DNA of 64,000 nucleotides from Pseudomonadota bacterium (GTDB lineage Bacteria > Pseudomonadota > Alphaproteobacteria > Sphingomonadales > CAKZYD01). The translations under genes and the position numbers were made by a program. Under the pieces are notes generated by a model that ran no database searches, was not told the DNA's origin, and saw only the letters and a program-made list of their open reading frames with translations. Positions 24,901 to 32,816 of the stretch are shown here, one piece after another (positions within the stretch are counted from its first letter, which is position 1; every line of letters begins with the position of its first letter). Location of the stretch: the NCBI GenBank assembly GCA_049324415.1, contig JBMOOS010000012.1:16851-80850 (forward strand), read 5' to 3'.

Positions 24901-25028
24901 ATACCGGGACGCCCAATCCGCGCGACCTTAAGGCCGCGGTGGCCAGTCTCGCCGACATCGATCGGCTGCAAAGCTTCCTCGCCTCCTACCGCGATGCCTT
25001 GTCGCAAGGCGGCGCCAGCCAATCCTGA
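21969..25028 (+). CDS. secreted 1019-aa protein: N-terminal beta domain, Ala/Glu/Lys-rich TolA-like linker, long TPR-like helical-repeat region
   Basis: Signal peptide ...LFSPAMAMAAP. Low-complexity AEAAEAAAEKAKAEAAAAARAEAEAKAAAEEEEARRQAEAAAQAAEQ. C-terminal 550 aa are helical repeats. ATGA overlap with MotB-like 2. Confidence 0.65.
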   Translation: MNTDKGLQKKIRRASRLAAVLLLALFSPAMAMAAPVAVRGGDHEGYSRIVFDWPALVPYAASMDGDSIVLTFDSADDPKLDGLARQRLINIRAVSARRDADRVTVRVQTAVGVGLRHFRDGRKVVVDALVPRPAMAKPETASPAVGEDAPKLAEIAALGRAAAQMNAADHAAAVRRAEAAEAAAEKAKAEAAAAARAEAEAKAAAEEEEARRQAEAAAQAAEQAALVAQAPQHLVVGVRPLQNGVLLRYPWARTVAAAAFKRGAQLWVVFEALATVDHGALVTAMGERIRDATQVPHQTATILRYRIRVDQNVGMRREGTQWVVEVKDTLVRPRQPMTAVRQLDPRGGARLFINLEEGGATLIADDPEVGDRLFIVPVVPSGRGLAEEQRFAEFELLASAQGVAVSALSDHVLVERDRDGVVIATGDGLEVSGKGREDAVEEIAPAPATRIFDFEAWRALGGSGETTQRYHHLLYALSRARKDARNARRWDLARFLLAGGRATDAYGVLAVMGRDEPALEDSAEFRAVRGVAALNLRRYDEAAGDLAMASLDDEPDAYLWRALVAEAQGQPQAALDAFRRGTDVISLYSHDDRARFSLAAMRAALALGENEFVERELALLETLTLSPHRRAEAQFLQARLSQAYADVETAKATYARLSDEAPRHIAARARFEAIKLATASGAITLGEAINGLERLRYAWRGDEFELDLLERLGELYIATGDYRTGLEALRQAVSYFADSTRTRAIARRMEAIFRDLFLSDKTQAMEPLQALALYYDFRELTPLGAEGDTMVRRLADRMVAVDLLDRAAGLLEHQVKYRLEGVAQADVATRLAMIHLMNGRASDALGVLRATRNVAAMPEDLRRRRRQLEARALIDLGQFAEAESLLEEDATPQATLLRADLYWGDKAWTKVVAASGAVLGERWRDDAPLGEDERRHLLRIAVALAMTDDKAGLRQLRQQYAKAMASGALSEAFDVITNTGTPNPRDLKAAVASLADIDRLQSFLASYRDALSQGGASQS

Positions 25029-25082
25029 AACGGCGCCATGATCGCCATTGGGTGGTCAAGAGAAGCGTCGGTGAAAGAACGC

Positions 25083-25835
25083 TCAGCCTGGGCCGAAGCT
25101 TTGCACCAGGCTGCCCGCGACCAGGTGCCAGCCGTCGACCAGCACGAAAAAGATCAGCTTGAAGGGCAGCGAGATCATGATCGGCGGCAACATCATCATG
25201 CCCATCGACATGAGGACCGAGGAGACCACGAGGTCGATGACGATGAAGGGGATGAACAAGAGAAAGCCGATCTCGAAGGCGCGGCGCAGCTCGCTGACGA
25301 CAAAGGCCGGTACCAGGGCCTTGAGGGGAACGTCCTCGATTTTGTCAGGCCTCTCGGGGATGCCGGACATGTCGAGGAAAAGCGCGAGGTCCTTGTCCCG
25401 GACCTGTTTCAGCATGAAGGCGCGGAATGGCGCCACGGTGCGGGTGAAGGCTTCCTCCTCGCCGATCTGCTCCTCGATCAAGGGCTGCAGGCCGTCGCGA
25501 TAGGCGGTTTCGAAGGTCGGGGCCATGACGAAGGCGGTCAGGAACAGCGCCAGGGAAATCAGCACCATGTTGGGGGGCGATTGCTGGGTCCCGAGCGCGC
25601 TGCGCAGAAGCGACAGCACAACCACCATGCGGGTGAAGGAGGTGACCGTGATGAGGATGGACGGCGCCACCGAAAGAACGGTGAGCAGCAGCAGCAACTG
25701 AACCACCCGGCCCGTCAGCGTGCCCGACTGTTCGCCAAGATCGATGGAAATGGACTGCGCCGCGGCGCCGCCCGCCATGGCGAGGATGAAGATAAACGCC
25801 AGCGGGATGAGCCCCGCCTTACGCCGGACGCTCAT
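25083..25835 (-). CDS. fliP: flagellar export apparatus protein FliP
   Basis: ...[59 protein letters not shown] is a canonical FliP core. Confidence 0.95.
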   Translation of the reverse strand: MSVRRKAGLIPLAFIFILAMAGGAAAQSISIDLGEQSGTLTGRVVQLLLLLTVLSVAPSILITVTSFTRMVVVLSLLRSALGTQQSPPNMVLISLALFLTAFVMAPTFETAYRDGLQPLIEEQIGEEEAFTRTVAPFRAFMLKQVRDKDLALFLDMSGIPERPDKIEDVPLKALVPAFVVSELRRAFEIGFLLFIPFIVIDLVVSSVLMSMGMMMLPPIMISLPFKLIFFVLVDGWHLVAGSLVQSFGPG

Positions 25836-26128
25836 GCAGGGTCCTCGTCGCGCGGGGTGGGCGCGGCCTTGCCGCTTTCGATGAGGAGGGTCGAGTTGGG
25901 GCCGAGCAGCAAAAGATGCCGGCGCTGGTCGCAGGCGACAAGGACCAGCTTGTGGCGCACGTCGATGGCGCGGGTCTCCACCACCTCAAGCCGCGCCTTG
26001 GCGCCAGGGCGGGAGCCGTCCCATAAGCGCGCCAATCCCATGCGCCGGACCAGCCACACGCCCAGGGCGATCATCGCCAGAACGAGCCCGAGGGCGCCAA
26101 CGCTGCGCAAAAGGTCGAGCGCGCTCAT
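25832..26128 (-). CDS. fliO: flagellar biosynthesis protein FliO
   Basis: 98 aa with a single TM helix. [28 protein letters not shown] pattern. Overlaps the fliP start. Confidence 0.8.
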   Translation of the reverse strand: MSALDLLRSVGALGLVLAMIALGVWLVRRMGLARLWDGSRPGAKARLEVVETRAIDVRHKLVLVACDQRRHLLLLGPNSTLLIESGKAAPTPRDEDPA

Positions 26129-26424
26129 GGCGTATCGCCACCCCGCCGGCTTTCGGCATAGACATGCGACAACACCACGGCGACGGCGTGCACCGCCTCG
26201 AGGGGAATGGGGCTGAGCTCGTCGAACTGGGCCAGCAGCGCTGCGAGCTCCGCGTCCTCGCGCACCTTGACGCCCTCGGCGAAGGCCACCTCCAGGATCT
26301 TCTCAGCGCGCCAGCCCTGGCCGCTGGCGGTGATCATCGGGTGTGCCGCTTCCTCGCGCGCGGCGATGGCGACGGCGGTGCGGCGTCGATGATCGGATGT
26401 GTTGCTGTCGGGGTCGGCGGTCAT
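26125..26424 (-). CDS. stand-alone FlhB C-terminal-domain paralogue (EscU/YscU/FlhB-CTD family, lacks NPTH)
   Basis: 99 aa, alignable by eye to FlhB residues after the NPTH site in this window (TAVAI / PMITASGQG..AEKILEVA / IPLEAVHAVAVVLSHVY). ATGA overlap with fliO. Confidence 0.75.
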   Translation of the reverse strand: MTADPDSNTSDHRRRTAVAIAAREEAAHPMITASGQGWRAEKILEVAFAEGVKVREDAELAALLAQFDELSPIPLEAVHAVAVVLSHVYAESRRGGDTP

Positions 26425-26486
26425 TTAAAGGACGGCTTTCTGTCCGCGGGGTGTAGCCATTCACCGAGATTGTCGGCAAGTCATGC

Positions 26487-26501
26487 TTAAAAATCCGTTA
26501 A
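26487..26501. promoter_or_regulatory. CtrA-type box TTAA-AAATCCG-TTAA(G)
   Basis: TTAA-N7-TTAA in the divergent promoter region between the fliOP and flgBC-fliE operons. Confidence 0.5.
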
Positions 26502-26608
26502 GTGGCGGCGGCTGGCAAACCCAAACAATTTTACGAAATCTTAAAATGTCCGGCAGACAGTGAAGACTCGTGAAAAAAGGGAGCGAGGCTCCCGGTGGCG
26601 GACTGGCT

Positions 26609-27043
26609 ATGGACCTGACGAGCATTCCCATCCTCGCGGCGATCAACCAACGGCTGAAATGGCTGGGTGGCAGACAGCAGCTGATCTCGCAGAACATCGC
26701 CAACGCCAACACCCCCGACTACATGCCGCGCGACCTCAAGGCGCAGGATTTTTCCGACCTGCTTGCGCAAGCGCCTGGCAGCGGCGCCGAAACGCAAGCG
26801 ACCGGCATGCGCCGGACCCAGCCGGCTCATTTCGACAAAGCCGGCGGCAATGGCGCGCGGCCGGCGGTGGCAGGCCGGCAGGAGCGGATTGGCGAGATCA
26901 AGCCCAACCGCAACGGCGTCGTCCTCGAGGAGCAGTTGACCGCCATGGCCGACACGCAGATCGAATACAATATGATGCTGAACATCTATCGCAAGCAGAT
27001 GAACATGATGCGCATCGCGCTTGGCCGCAATGGCCAGCGCTAA
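26609..27043 (+). CDS. flgB: flagellar proximal rod protein FlgB
   Basis: ...RQQLISQNIANANTPDYMPRD. Start set at ATG 26609 by N-terminal length comparison with FlgB proteins. Confidence 0.9.
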   Translation: MDLTSIPILAAINQRLKWLGGRQQLISQNIANANTPDYMPRDLKAQDFSDLLAQAPGSGAETQATGMRRTQPAHFDKAGGNGARPAVAGRQERIGEIKPNRNGVVLEEQLTAMADTQIEYNMMLNIYRKQMNMMRIALGRNGQR

Positions 27044-27057
27044 GCAAGGAAAAGGCC

Positions 27058-27465
27058 ATGGACCTGACCAAAGCGATGCAAATCTCGGCCGCCGGCATGA
27101 AGGCGCAAGGCACCCGCATGCGGATCATCGCGGAGAATATCGCCAACGAGCGATCGATCGCCAACGGCCCGGGCGATGAACCCTATCGCCGCCGCGTGGT
27201 GACCTTCGCCAACGAGCTCGACCGCCAATTGGGCGTCGAGCTGGTGAAGGTGAAGAGCATCCGCAAAGACCCGTCGGATTTCGGGCGCAAATACGAGCCC
27301 AGCCATCCCGCCGCCGACAAGGACGGCTATGTCACCACCACCAATGTCAACGGGCTTATCGAAGAAGGCGATATGAAGGAGGCCTCGCGCACCTACGAAG
27401 CCAATTTAAGCGCCATCGAGGCCGCCAAGAATCTGCTGATGCGCACCCTCGATCTGCTGCGATAA
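27058..27465 (+). CDS. flgC: flagellar proximal rod protein FlgC
   Basis: MDLTKAMQISAAGMKAQGTRMRIIAENIANE... and C-terminal EASRTYEANLSAIEAAKNLLMRTLDLLR. Confidence 0.95.
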   Translation: MDLTKAMQISAAGMKAQGTRMRIIAENIANERSIANGPGDEPYRRRVVTFANELDRQLGVELVKVKSIRKDPSDFGRKYEPSHPAADKDGYVTTTNVNGLIEEGDMKEASRTYEANLSAIEAAKNLLMRTLDLLR

Positions 27466-27489
27466 ACAAACGGAATTTGGAGAGCGGGC

Positions 27490-27798
27490 ATGGACATGAA
27501 ACTCTTGGACGCGACAAAGGCTTATGGCGGCACCGCCGGCCGCCTCGGCGCCCCTGGCTTGGACGCCGCCCCCGCGGGCGGCCCCAGCTTTGCCGACATG
27601 GTGGGCGAAGCCGTCAAGACCACGGTCGATGCGTCCGCCAGATCGGAAGGCGTCACCGCCCTGGCGCTCAACAAGGAAGCGGAGCTGCTGGACGTGGTGA
27701 CCGCGATCAACAACGCGGAAATGACGCTGGAGACGGTGGTCGCGGTGCGCGACCGGGTGATCAACGCCTATAACGAAATCATACGCATGCCGATCTAG
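27490..27798 (+). CDS. fliE: flagellar hook-basal body complex protein FliE
   Basis: 102 aa. ...SFADMVGEAV...LLDVVTAINNAEMTLETVVAVRDRVINAYNEIIRMPI. Confidence 0.92.
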   Translation: MDMKLLDATKAYGGTAGRLGAPGLDAAPAGGPSFADMVGEAVKTTVDASARSEGVTALALNKEAELLDVVTAINNAEMTLETVVAVRDRVINAYNEIIRMPI

Positions 27799-27832
27799 CG
27801 CACGTTCAGTGAAATCAGAGTCGGTGAACATA

Positions 27833-27899
27833 CGCTAGAGTCTTGATTGATCGCGTTTTCGAACCGCAAAACCGCTCACACTTTTGCTGAAAACGCTCT
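27833..27899 (+). repeat. copy A of the 67-68 nt structured intergenic element (fliE-fliQ spacer)
   Basis: 88% identical to the reverse complement of 15053-15120. Nested hairpin GCGTTTTC(27853-60)...GAAAACGC(27889-96) with inner GCAAAA/TTTTGC. Confidence 0.8.
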
Positions 27900-27971
27900 G
27901 GGAACAAGTCTGAGGGATGGGCGTGCTCGCGTCCGGAATGCCGCATTAAGGTTAATCAAAAGGCAAAAGAC

Positions 27972-28235
27972 ATGACAGGGGCGGAAGTTCTGGATCTCGG
28001 GCGGGGCGCCATCTATACGCTGCTCATCATGTCGGGTCCGCCCATGGCCATCGGTCTTGGCGTCGGCCTCATCATCGCTCTTTTCCAGGCCTTGACCCAA
28101 ATTCAGGAAATGACGCTCACCTTCGTGCCGAAGATCATCGCCATTTTCCTGTCACTCCTCGTTTTGCTGCCATTCATGGGCACAGCGCTCGCCAGCATGA
28201 CCGAGCAGCTCATGGCGCGCATCGTCACGGGATAG
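27972..28235 (+). CDS. fliQ: flagellar export apparatus protein FliQ
   Basis: 87 aa with two TM helices. ALFQALTQIQEMTLTFVPKI motif. Confidence 0.95.
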   Translation: MTGAEVLDLGRGAIYTLLIMSGPPMAIGLGVGLIIALFQALTQIQEMTLTFVPKIIAIFLSLLVLLPFMGTALASMTEQLMARIVTG

Positions 28236-28244
28236 GAAAAGGCC

Positions 28245-29003
28245 GTGCTTGCCCAATGGATTGGTGGCGAGGTTTTCGCCTTTCTGCTGTTGCTGGCGCG
28301 CTTCTCGGCCATGCTTACCCTGATGCCGGCCTTGGGCGAGACCATCATCCCGGCGCGGGTGCGCGTCGGCCTTGCCGTCATCCTCGCCTTCATTCTGTTG
28401 CCCAGCCTGGCGCCGGGCTTGCCCGCGCTGCCGGCCTCGCTTCTTGGCCTTATCGGTGTCGTCTTGGGCGAGATCGCCATCGGCCTGTTCGTCGGCGTCA
28501 TCCTGCGCTTGATGACCTCGGCCTTGAACCTGGCTGGCAGCGTCATCGCCTTGCAAAGCGGCTTGGCGGCGGCGCAGACCTTCGACCCCACCCAGGGCAC
28601 GCAAAGCGCGGTGGTCGCGCGCTTTTTCACCGTTGTCGGCACCGTCGTCATTTTCGCCGCCGATCTCCACCTCATGATCATCAAGGCGATGGCCTATTCC
28701 TATGTCCTGTTTCCCGCCGGCAAGGTGCCGTTGATTGGTGACGCTTCGGCCTCGATTACGCAAGTGGTGGCGGGTTCCTTCGCCATCGGCCTGAGCATGG
28801 CGGCGCCGTTTCTCGTCTATGGCATCGTGTTCAACATCGCGCTCGGCCTGCTCGCCCGGCTGATGCCGCAATTGCCGGTGTTTTTCGTCGCCATGCCGGC
28901 CAACATCTTTCTCGCCTTCACCATCCTCATGTTCACCCTGTCGGCGATGATGCTGGTCTTTGCCAGCTATTTCGAAGAGGGCGTGGCGCGGTTTCTCGGT
29001 TAA
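28245..29003 (+). CDS. fliR: flagellar export apparatus protein FliR
   Basis: 252-aa polytopic membrane protein between fliQ and flhB. FliR-like FLLLLARFSAMLTLMP. Confidence 0.9.
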   Translation: MLAQWIGGEVFAFLLLLARFSAMLTLMPALGETIIPARVRVGLAVILAFILLPSLAPGLPALPASLLGLIGVVLGEIAIGLFVGVILRLMTSALNLAGSVIALQSGLAAAQTFDPTQGTQSAVVARFFTVVGTVVIFAADLHLMIIKAMAYSYVLFPAGKVPLIGDASASITQVVAGSFAIGLSMAAPFLVYGIVFNIALGLLARLMPQLPVFFVAMPANIFLAFTILMFTLSAMMLVFASYFEEGVARFLG

Positions 29004-29012
29004 GGAAGAGCG

Positions 29013-30092
29013 ATGGCCGAGCAGAATGACGACGCCCAGAAGACCGAGGAGCCCACCTCCAAAAAGCTGGAGGACGCCTATAAGAAAGGCGAGGCGCCGC
29101 GCAGCCATGAAGTCCGCACCTGGCTCATGCTCTTGACCGCTACGCTCGCCTACGCGCTTTTCGCCTCCCGTTCCGGCGGCAGCATCACCGAGCGTTTGAC
29201 CGTCTATCTTGCTCAGTCCCACGCCATCAGCCTCGACGGCGGCGCCATCCTGGCCGACCTGCGCGCTCTCGGTTGGGCGATATTGCGCGCCCTGGGGATT
29301 CCCATCCTGATGCTGATCGCCGCCGCTTTCGCCGGAACCCTCATTCAAGCCAAGGTGGTGCTTTCGGGCGAGAAGATGAAACCTAAATTGTCAAAAATCT
29401 CGCCCCTATCGGGATTGAAACGGCTGTTTTCCATCCAGTCCGTCTCGGAACTGGGCAAGTCGGTCGCCAAGCTGGTCATCATCGGCGGCGCCAGCATCCT
29501 TCTTTTGTGGCCCGAGCGGGGCCGCCTCATCGAGGTTCTCGGCCTCTCCTTTCCCGACATCGTGACGCTGGTCAACGCCATGGCCCTGCGGCTTGGCATC
29601 GCCGTTGTCTCCATCATGACCGTCGTCGCGCTCCTCGACTACGCCCTGCAGCGCCAGCAGTTCATGAAGCGCATGCGCATGACCAAGCAGGAGGTCAAGG
29701 ACGAGCACAAGCAGCTTGAAGGCGACCCGCAGGTGAAGGGGCGCATCCGGCAAATCCGCATGCAGCGGGCCAAGCAGCGGATCACCAAGGCGGTGCCGGA
29801 ATCCGATGTGGTGATCACCAACCCGACCCATTATGCAGTCGCCCTAAAATACAAGCATGGCGAGATGGCGGTTCCCCTGCTCAAGGCCAAGGGGGTGGAT
29901 CATCTGGCGGCGAAAATCCGCGAGCTTGCCAAGAAGCACGATATTCCCATCGTCGAAAACCCGCCCCTTGCCCGCGCCATCTATGCCACGGTCGACGTCG
30001 ATGAGGAAATCACCCCGCAGCATTATAAGGCGGTGGCGGAGGTCATCGGCTATGTGCTGCGGCTGCGCGGCAAGCTCGTCAAGCGCCGTTAA
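29013..30092 (+). CDS. flhB: flagellar export switch protein FlhB
   Basis: N-terminal QKTEEPTSKKLEDAYKKGEAPRS and the autocleavage motif VVITNPTHYAVAL. Confidence 0.95.
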   Translation: MAEQNDDAQKTEEPTSKKLEDAYKKGEAPRSHEVRTWLMLLTATLAYALFASRSGGSITERLTVYLAQSHAISLDGGAILADLRALGWAILRALGIPILMLIAAAFAGTLIQAKVVLSGEKMKPKLSKISPLSGLKRLFSIQSVSELGKSVAKLVIIGGASILLLWPERGRLIEVLGLSFPDIVTLVNAMALRLGIAVVSIMTVVALLDYALQRQQFMKRMRMTKQEVKDEHKQLEGDPQVKGRIRQIRMQRAKQRITKAVPESDVVITNPTHYAVALKYKHGEMAVPLLKAKGVDHLAAKIRELAKKHDIPIVENPPLARAIYATVDVDEEITPQHYKAVAEVIGYVLRLRGKLVKRR

Positions 30093-30170
30093 GCGGAAAA
30101 AGAGAGCGATGCCGTCTTGCAACGCTGCGCGGTGGATTTATTCTGGGCAAGGCTTGGCATCAAGCGCTCC

Positions 30171-32726
30171 ATGAAGTGCCGGCTTTGGCAAGGGCTAAGG
30201 GGATTAGGGCAAGTGTTGCGCAGGGCGGTGAACAACCTGATCGGCTTTTCCGGCCTGGGCGGCTGGAATGGCGCGCCGCGCCCGGCGCCCGGCTGGGAGG
30301 ATTTCCTCTCCGCCACGCAAAGGCCGTCGCCACTCAAGGCCATGCCATGGCCCTCTTTGGCCGCCATCCTCATCCTCCTTCTCGTCTCTGGCCTCATCAT
30401 CGGCCGCGTCACCGGCCTGTGGCTGCAGACCGGTTTTGTCCTGGCCTTCCTCTTTGGCGGCGCGGCGGCGGGGCTGTTCGTGCTGGTGGCGCGCAGACCG
30501 CGAAGCGCGCCAGCGGGCGTTGCGCGCGATATCCTGATGGCGGCGATCGAGGTGCCGCGCGAGGCGGTCGCCATCACCGACGCGCACGGCGGTCTTGTTT
30601 GCGCCAATGGCGCCTATGGCCGGGCTTGCCAGGGCTTTCCAGCGCCCCACGCATTGGCGCGAAGCGACACGGAGGCGCGGCGGATCAACGCCATGGCGGC
30701 GCGCGTCCTTGCAGGCGCCGCCGGCGATGAAAGCCTTTTCATCGACGACGCGAAAAGCGGCGCTACGCTCAAGATTTCCGTTGCCCGCGCCCGCCACGCG
30801 CCGGGCTATCTGGTGTGGACGGTGGAACCCCTCACCGACGCGGCTCAGCTCAACCGCATTCTCCAGCAAGGCGGCCCGCTGTTGCGCGGCTGGTTCGATG
30901 CGTTGGACATAGGGCTCGTCCTGGCCGACGCCCAGGGCTTTGTGCGCTTTGTGAACGCGACATTTTCACGCTGGTGCGGCGCCCGCGAAACCCAGGCAGG
31001 AGCCTTGCGCCTTGCCGACCTGTTCGAGCAGGGCGCGGACGGCGCCTTTCTTGTCCGCGACGCCAAAGGCGGCGCTCTTGCCGTCCATGTGACCGACATC
31101 CCCTTGGCGAACGGCCGGCCCGATGGCGAGGAAGCGGCAGGCGCGGTTGCCCGGCTGGTCCAGAAAGCATCGCCCCTGGCAGCGCAAAGGCAGGCGGCGC
31201 TGCCTGGCCATTCCACCTTGCCCGAGCAGCTTTTCAACGAAGCGCCGGTCGGCATCGCCATCGTCGATCGCCATGGCGTGGTGTTGCGCCTGAATGGCAC
31301 CATGCGGGCCATCCTTGGCCTTGCCGCGCAAGAGGAGGAAATCGACCTTCTCTCGCTGGTGGCGGAAGAGGAGCGGGAGGCGGTCTCCCGGCTGCTCGCC
31401 GACGCTGCCGCCGGGCGGGCGCCGCGCGCCCCCACCGACATTCACTTGCGCCAGGCGCGCGATGGCGTGGCCCAGCTTTATGTCCGCACCGCCCATGGCG
31501 GGGAAGGCGACGCAGTGCTTTATCTTGCCGACACTACCGAGCAAAAGCGCCTCGAACTGCAATTCGCCCAGGCGCAGAAAATGCAGGCGGTCGGCCAGCT
31601 GGCCGGCGGCATCGCCCACGACTTCAACAACATCCTGACGGCGATGATCGGCTTTTGCGACCTTCTGCTGGTGCGCCACGGCGCCGGCGATGCGTCCTTT
31701 GCCGATATCATGCAGATCAAGCAGAACGCCAATCGGGCGGCCAATCTGGTGCGCCAGTTGCTGGCCTTCTCCCGCCAGCAGACCTTGCGCGCGACGGTTC
31801 TGGTGGTGACCGACGTGCTGGCCGAACTGTCCAACCTGTTGCGCCGGCTGATCGGCGAGAATATCGAGCTCAAAATGATCCATGGCCGCGATATCGGGCC
31901 GGTGAAGGTGGACCAGGGCCAGCTCGAGCAGGTCATCATCAACCTGGCGGTCAATGCCCGCGACGCCATGCCCGACGGTGGTGTCTTGACCATCACCACC
32001 CGTATGGTGAACGCCAGGAACCTGCCGTCCATGGGGCACGAATTCATGCCGGCGCAGGATTATGTCTCCATCGCCGTCAGCGATACCGGCCATGGCATTC
32101 CGCAGCAATATCTCAGCAAGATTTTCGAGCCCTTCTTCACCACCAAGGAGGTGGGGCGGGGCACGGGCCTCGGCCTTTCCACCGTCTATGGCATCGTCAA
32201 GCAGACCGGCGGCTTTATCTTCGCCGAATCGAAGCAAGGTGCGGGCGCCACCTTCCTCATCTATCTGCCCGTTCATCACGGCGTCCAGGAAGCCCCGCCA
32301 GAACGCGCCGCGCGGCGCAGCGACAGCGTCGCCGATTTGTGGGGGCGCGGCACCGTTCTGCTGGTCGAGGATGAAGATGCCGTGCGCACCTTCGCCGTGC
32401 GGGCGCTCAGCAAAAAAGGCTATTCGGTCCTTGAGGCGGCCAGCGGCGAGGCGGCGCTTGACATCGTGCGCGGCCATGAAGGCGCCATCGACCTCGTCAT
32501 CTCCGACGTGGTGATGCCCAATATGGACGGCCCGACGCTGGTCAAGGCGATTCGCAAATTACGCCCCGAGACCAAGATCATCTTTATCTCCGGCTATGCC
32601 CAGGACGGCTTTCGCAACACCGTCGATGCTAGCGATTTTCATTTCCTGCCCAAGCCCTTCAGCCTCACCCAGCTTGCTGAAAAGGTGAAGGCGGTGATGA
32701 GCGAGGACGGCCCGCCAGCCGCTTAA
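30171..32726 (+). CDS. cckA: hybrid sensor histidine kinase/response regulator, CckA-like
   Basis: Two N-terminal TM helices, PAS-like repeats, H-box IAHDFNNILTAMIGFCDLLL, ATP-binding boxes (NLAVNARDAMP, GRGTGLGLSTVYGIV) and a C-terminal receiver (VLLVEDEDAVR...DLVISDVVMPNMDG). Start uncertain (30171 or 30342; the ORF track begins with a TTG at 30117). Confidence 0.8.
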   Translation: MKCRLWQGLRGLGQVLRRAVNNLIGFSGLGGWNGAPRPAPGWEDFLSATQRPSPLKAMPWPSLAAILILLLVSGLIIGRVTGLWLQTGFVLAFLFGGAAAGLFVLVARRPRSAPAGVARDILMAAIEVPREAVAITDAHGGLVCANGAYGRACQGFPAPHALARSDTEARRINAMAARVLAGAAGDESLFIDDAKSGATLKISVARARHAPGYLVWTVEPLTDAAQLNRILQQGGPLLRGWFDALDIGLVLADAQGFVRFVNATFSRWCGARETQAGALRLADLFEQGADGAFLVRDAKGGALAVHVTDIPLANGRPDGEEAAGAVARLVQKASPLAAQRQAALPGHSTLPEQLFNEAPVGIAIVDRHGVVLRLNGTMRAILGLAAQEEEIDLLSLVAEEEREAVSRLLADAAAGRAPRAPTDIHLRQARDGVAQLYVRTAHGGEGDAVLYLADTTEQKRLELQFAQAQKMQAVGQLAGGIAHDFNNILTAMIGFCDLLLVRHGAGDASFADIMQIKQNANRAANLVRQLLAFSRQQTLRATVLVVTDVLAELSNLLRRLIGENIELKMIHGRDIGPVKVDQGQLEQVIINLAVNARDAMPDGGVLTITTRMVNARNLPSMGHEFMPAQDYVSIAVSDTGHGIPQQYLSKIFEPFFTTKEVGRGTGLGLSTVYGIVKQTGGFIFAESKQGAGATFLIYLPVHHGVQEAPPERAARRSDSVADLWGRGTVLLVEDEDAVRTFAVRALSKKGYSVLEAASGEAALDIVRGHEGAIDLVISDVVMPNMDGPTLVKAIRKLRPETKIIFISGYAQDGFRNTVDASDFHFLPKPFSLTQLAEKVKAVMSEDGPPAA

Positions 32727-32746
32727 GCTCTATTTAAAAAAATTTT

Positions 32747-32761
32747 GAACATAAGCCGAAC
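32747..32761. promoter_or_regulatory. alphaproteobacterial LexA (SOS) box GAAC-ATAAGCC-GAAC
   Basis: Exact GAAC-N7-GAAC direct repeat, about 120 nt upstream of recA. Confidence 0.75.
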
Positions 32762-32816
32762 ATTTTCTAATATTATTAATGTTTTTCAATAAGTTATAAA
32801 AACCGCTTGCAGGATA

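Noticed and set aside
27946-27955. TTAAGGTTAA upstream of fliQ as a CtrA box
   Set aside because: The spacing is N2 rather than N7, so it does not fit the CtrA recognition pattern.
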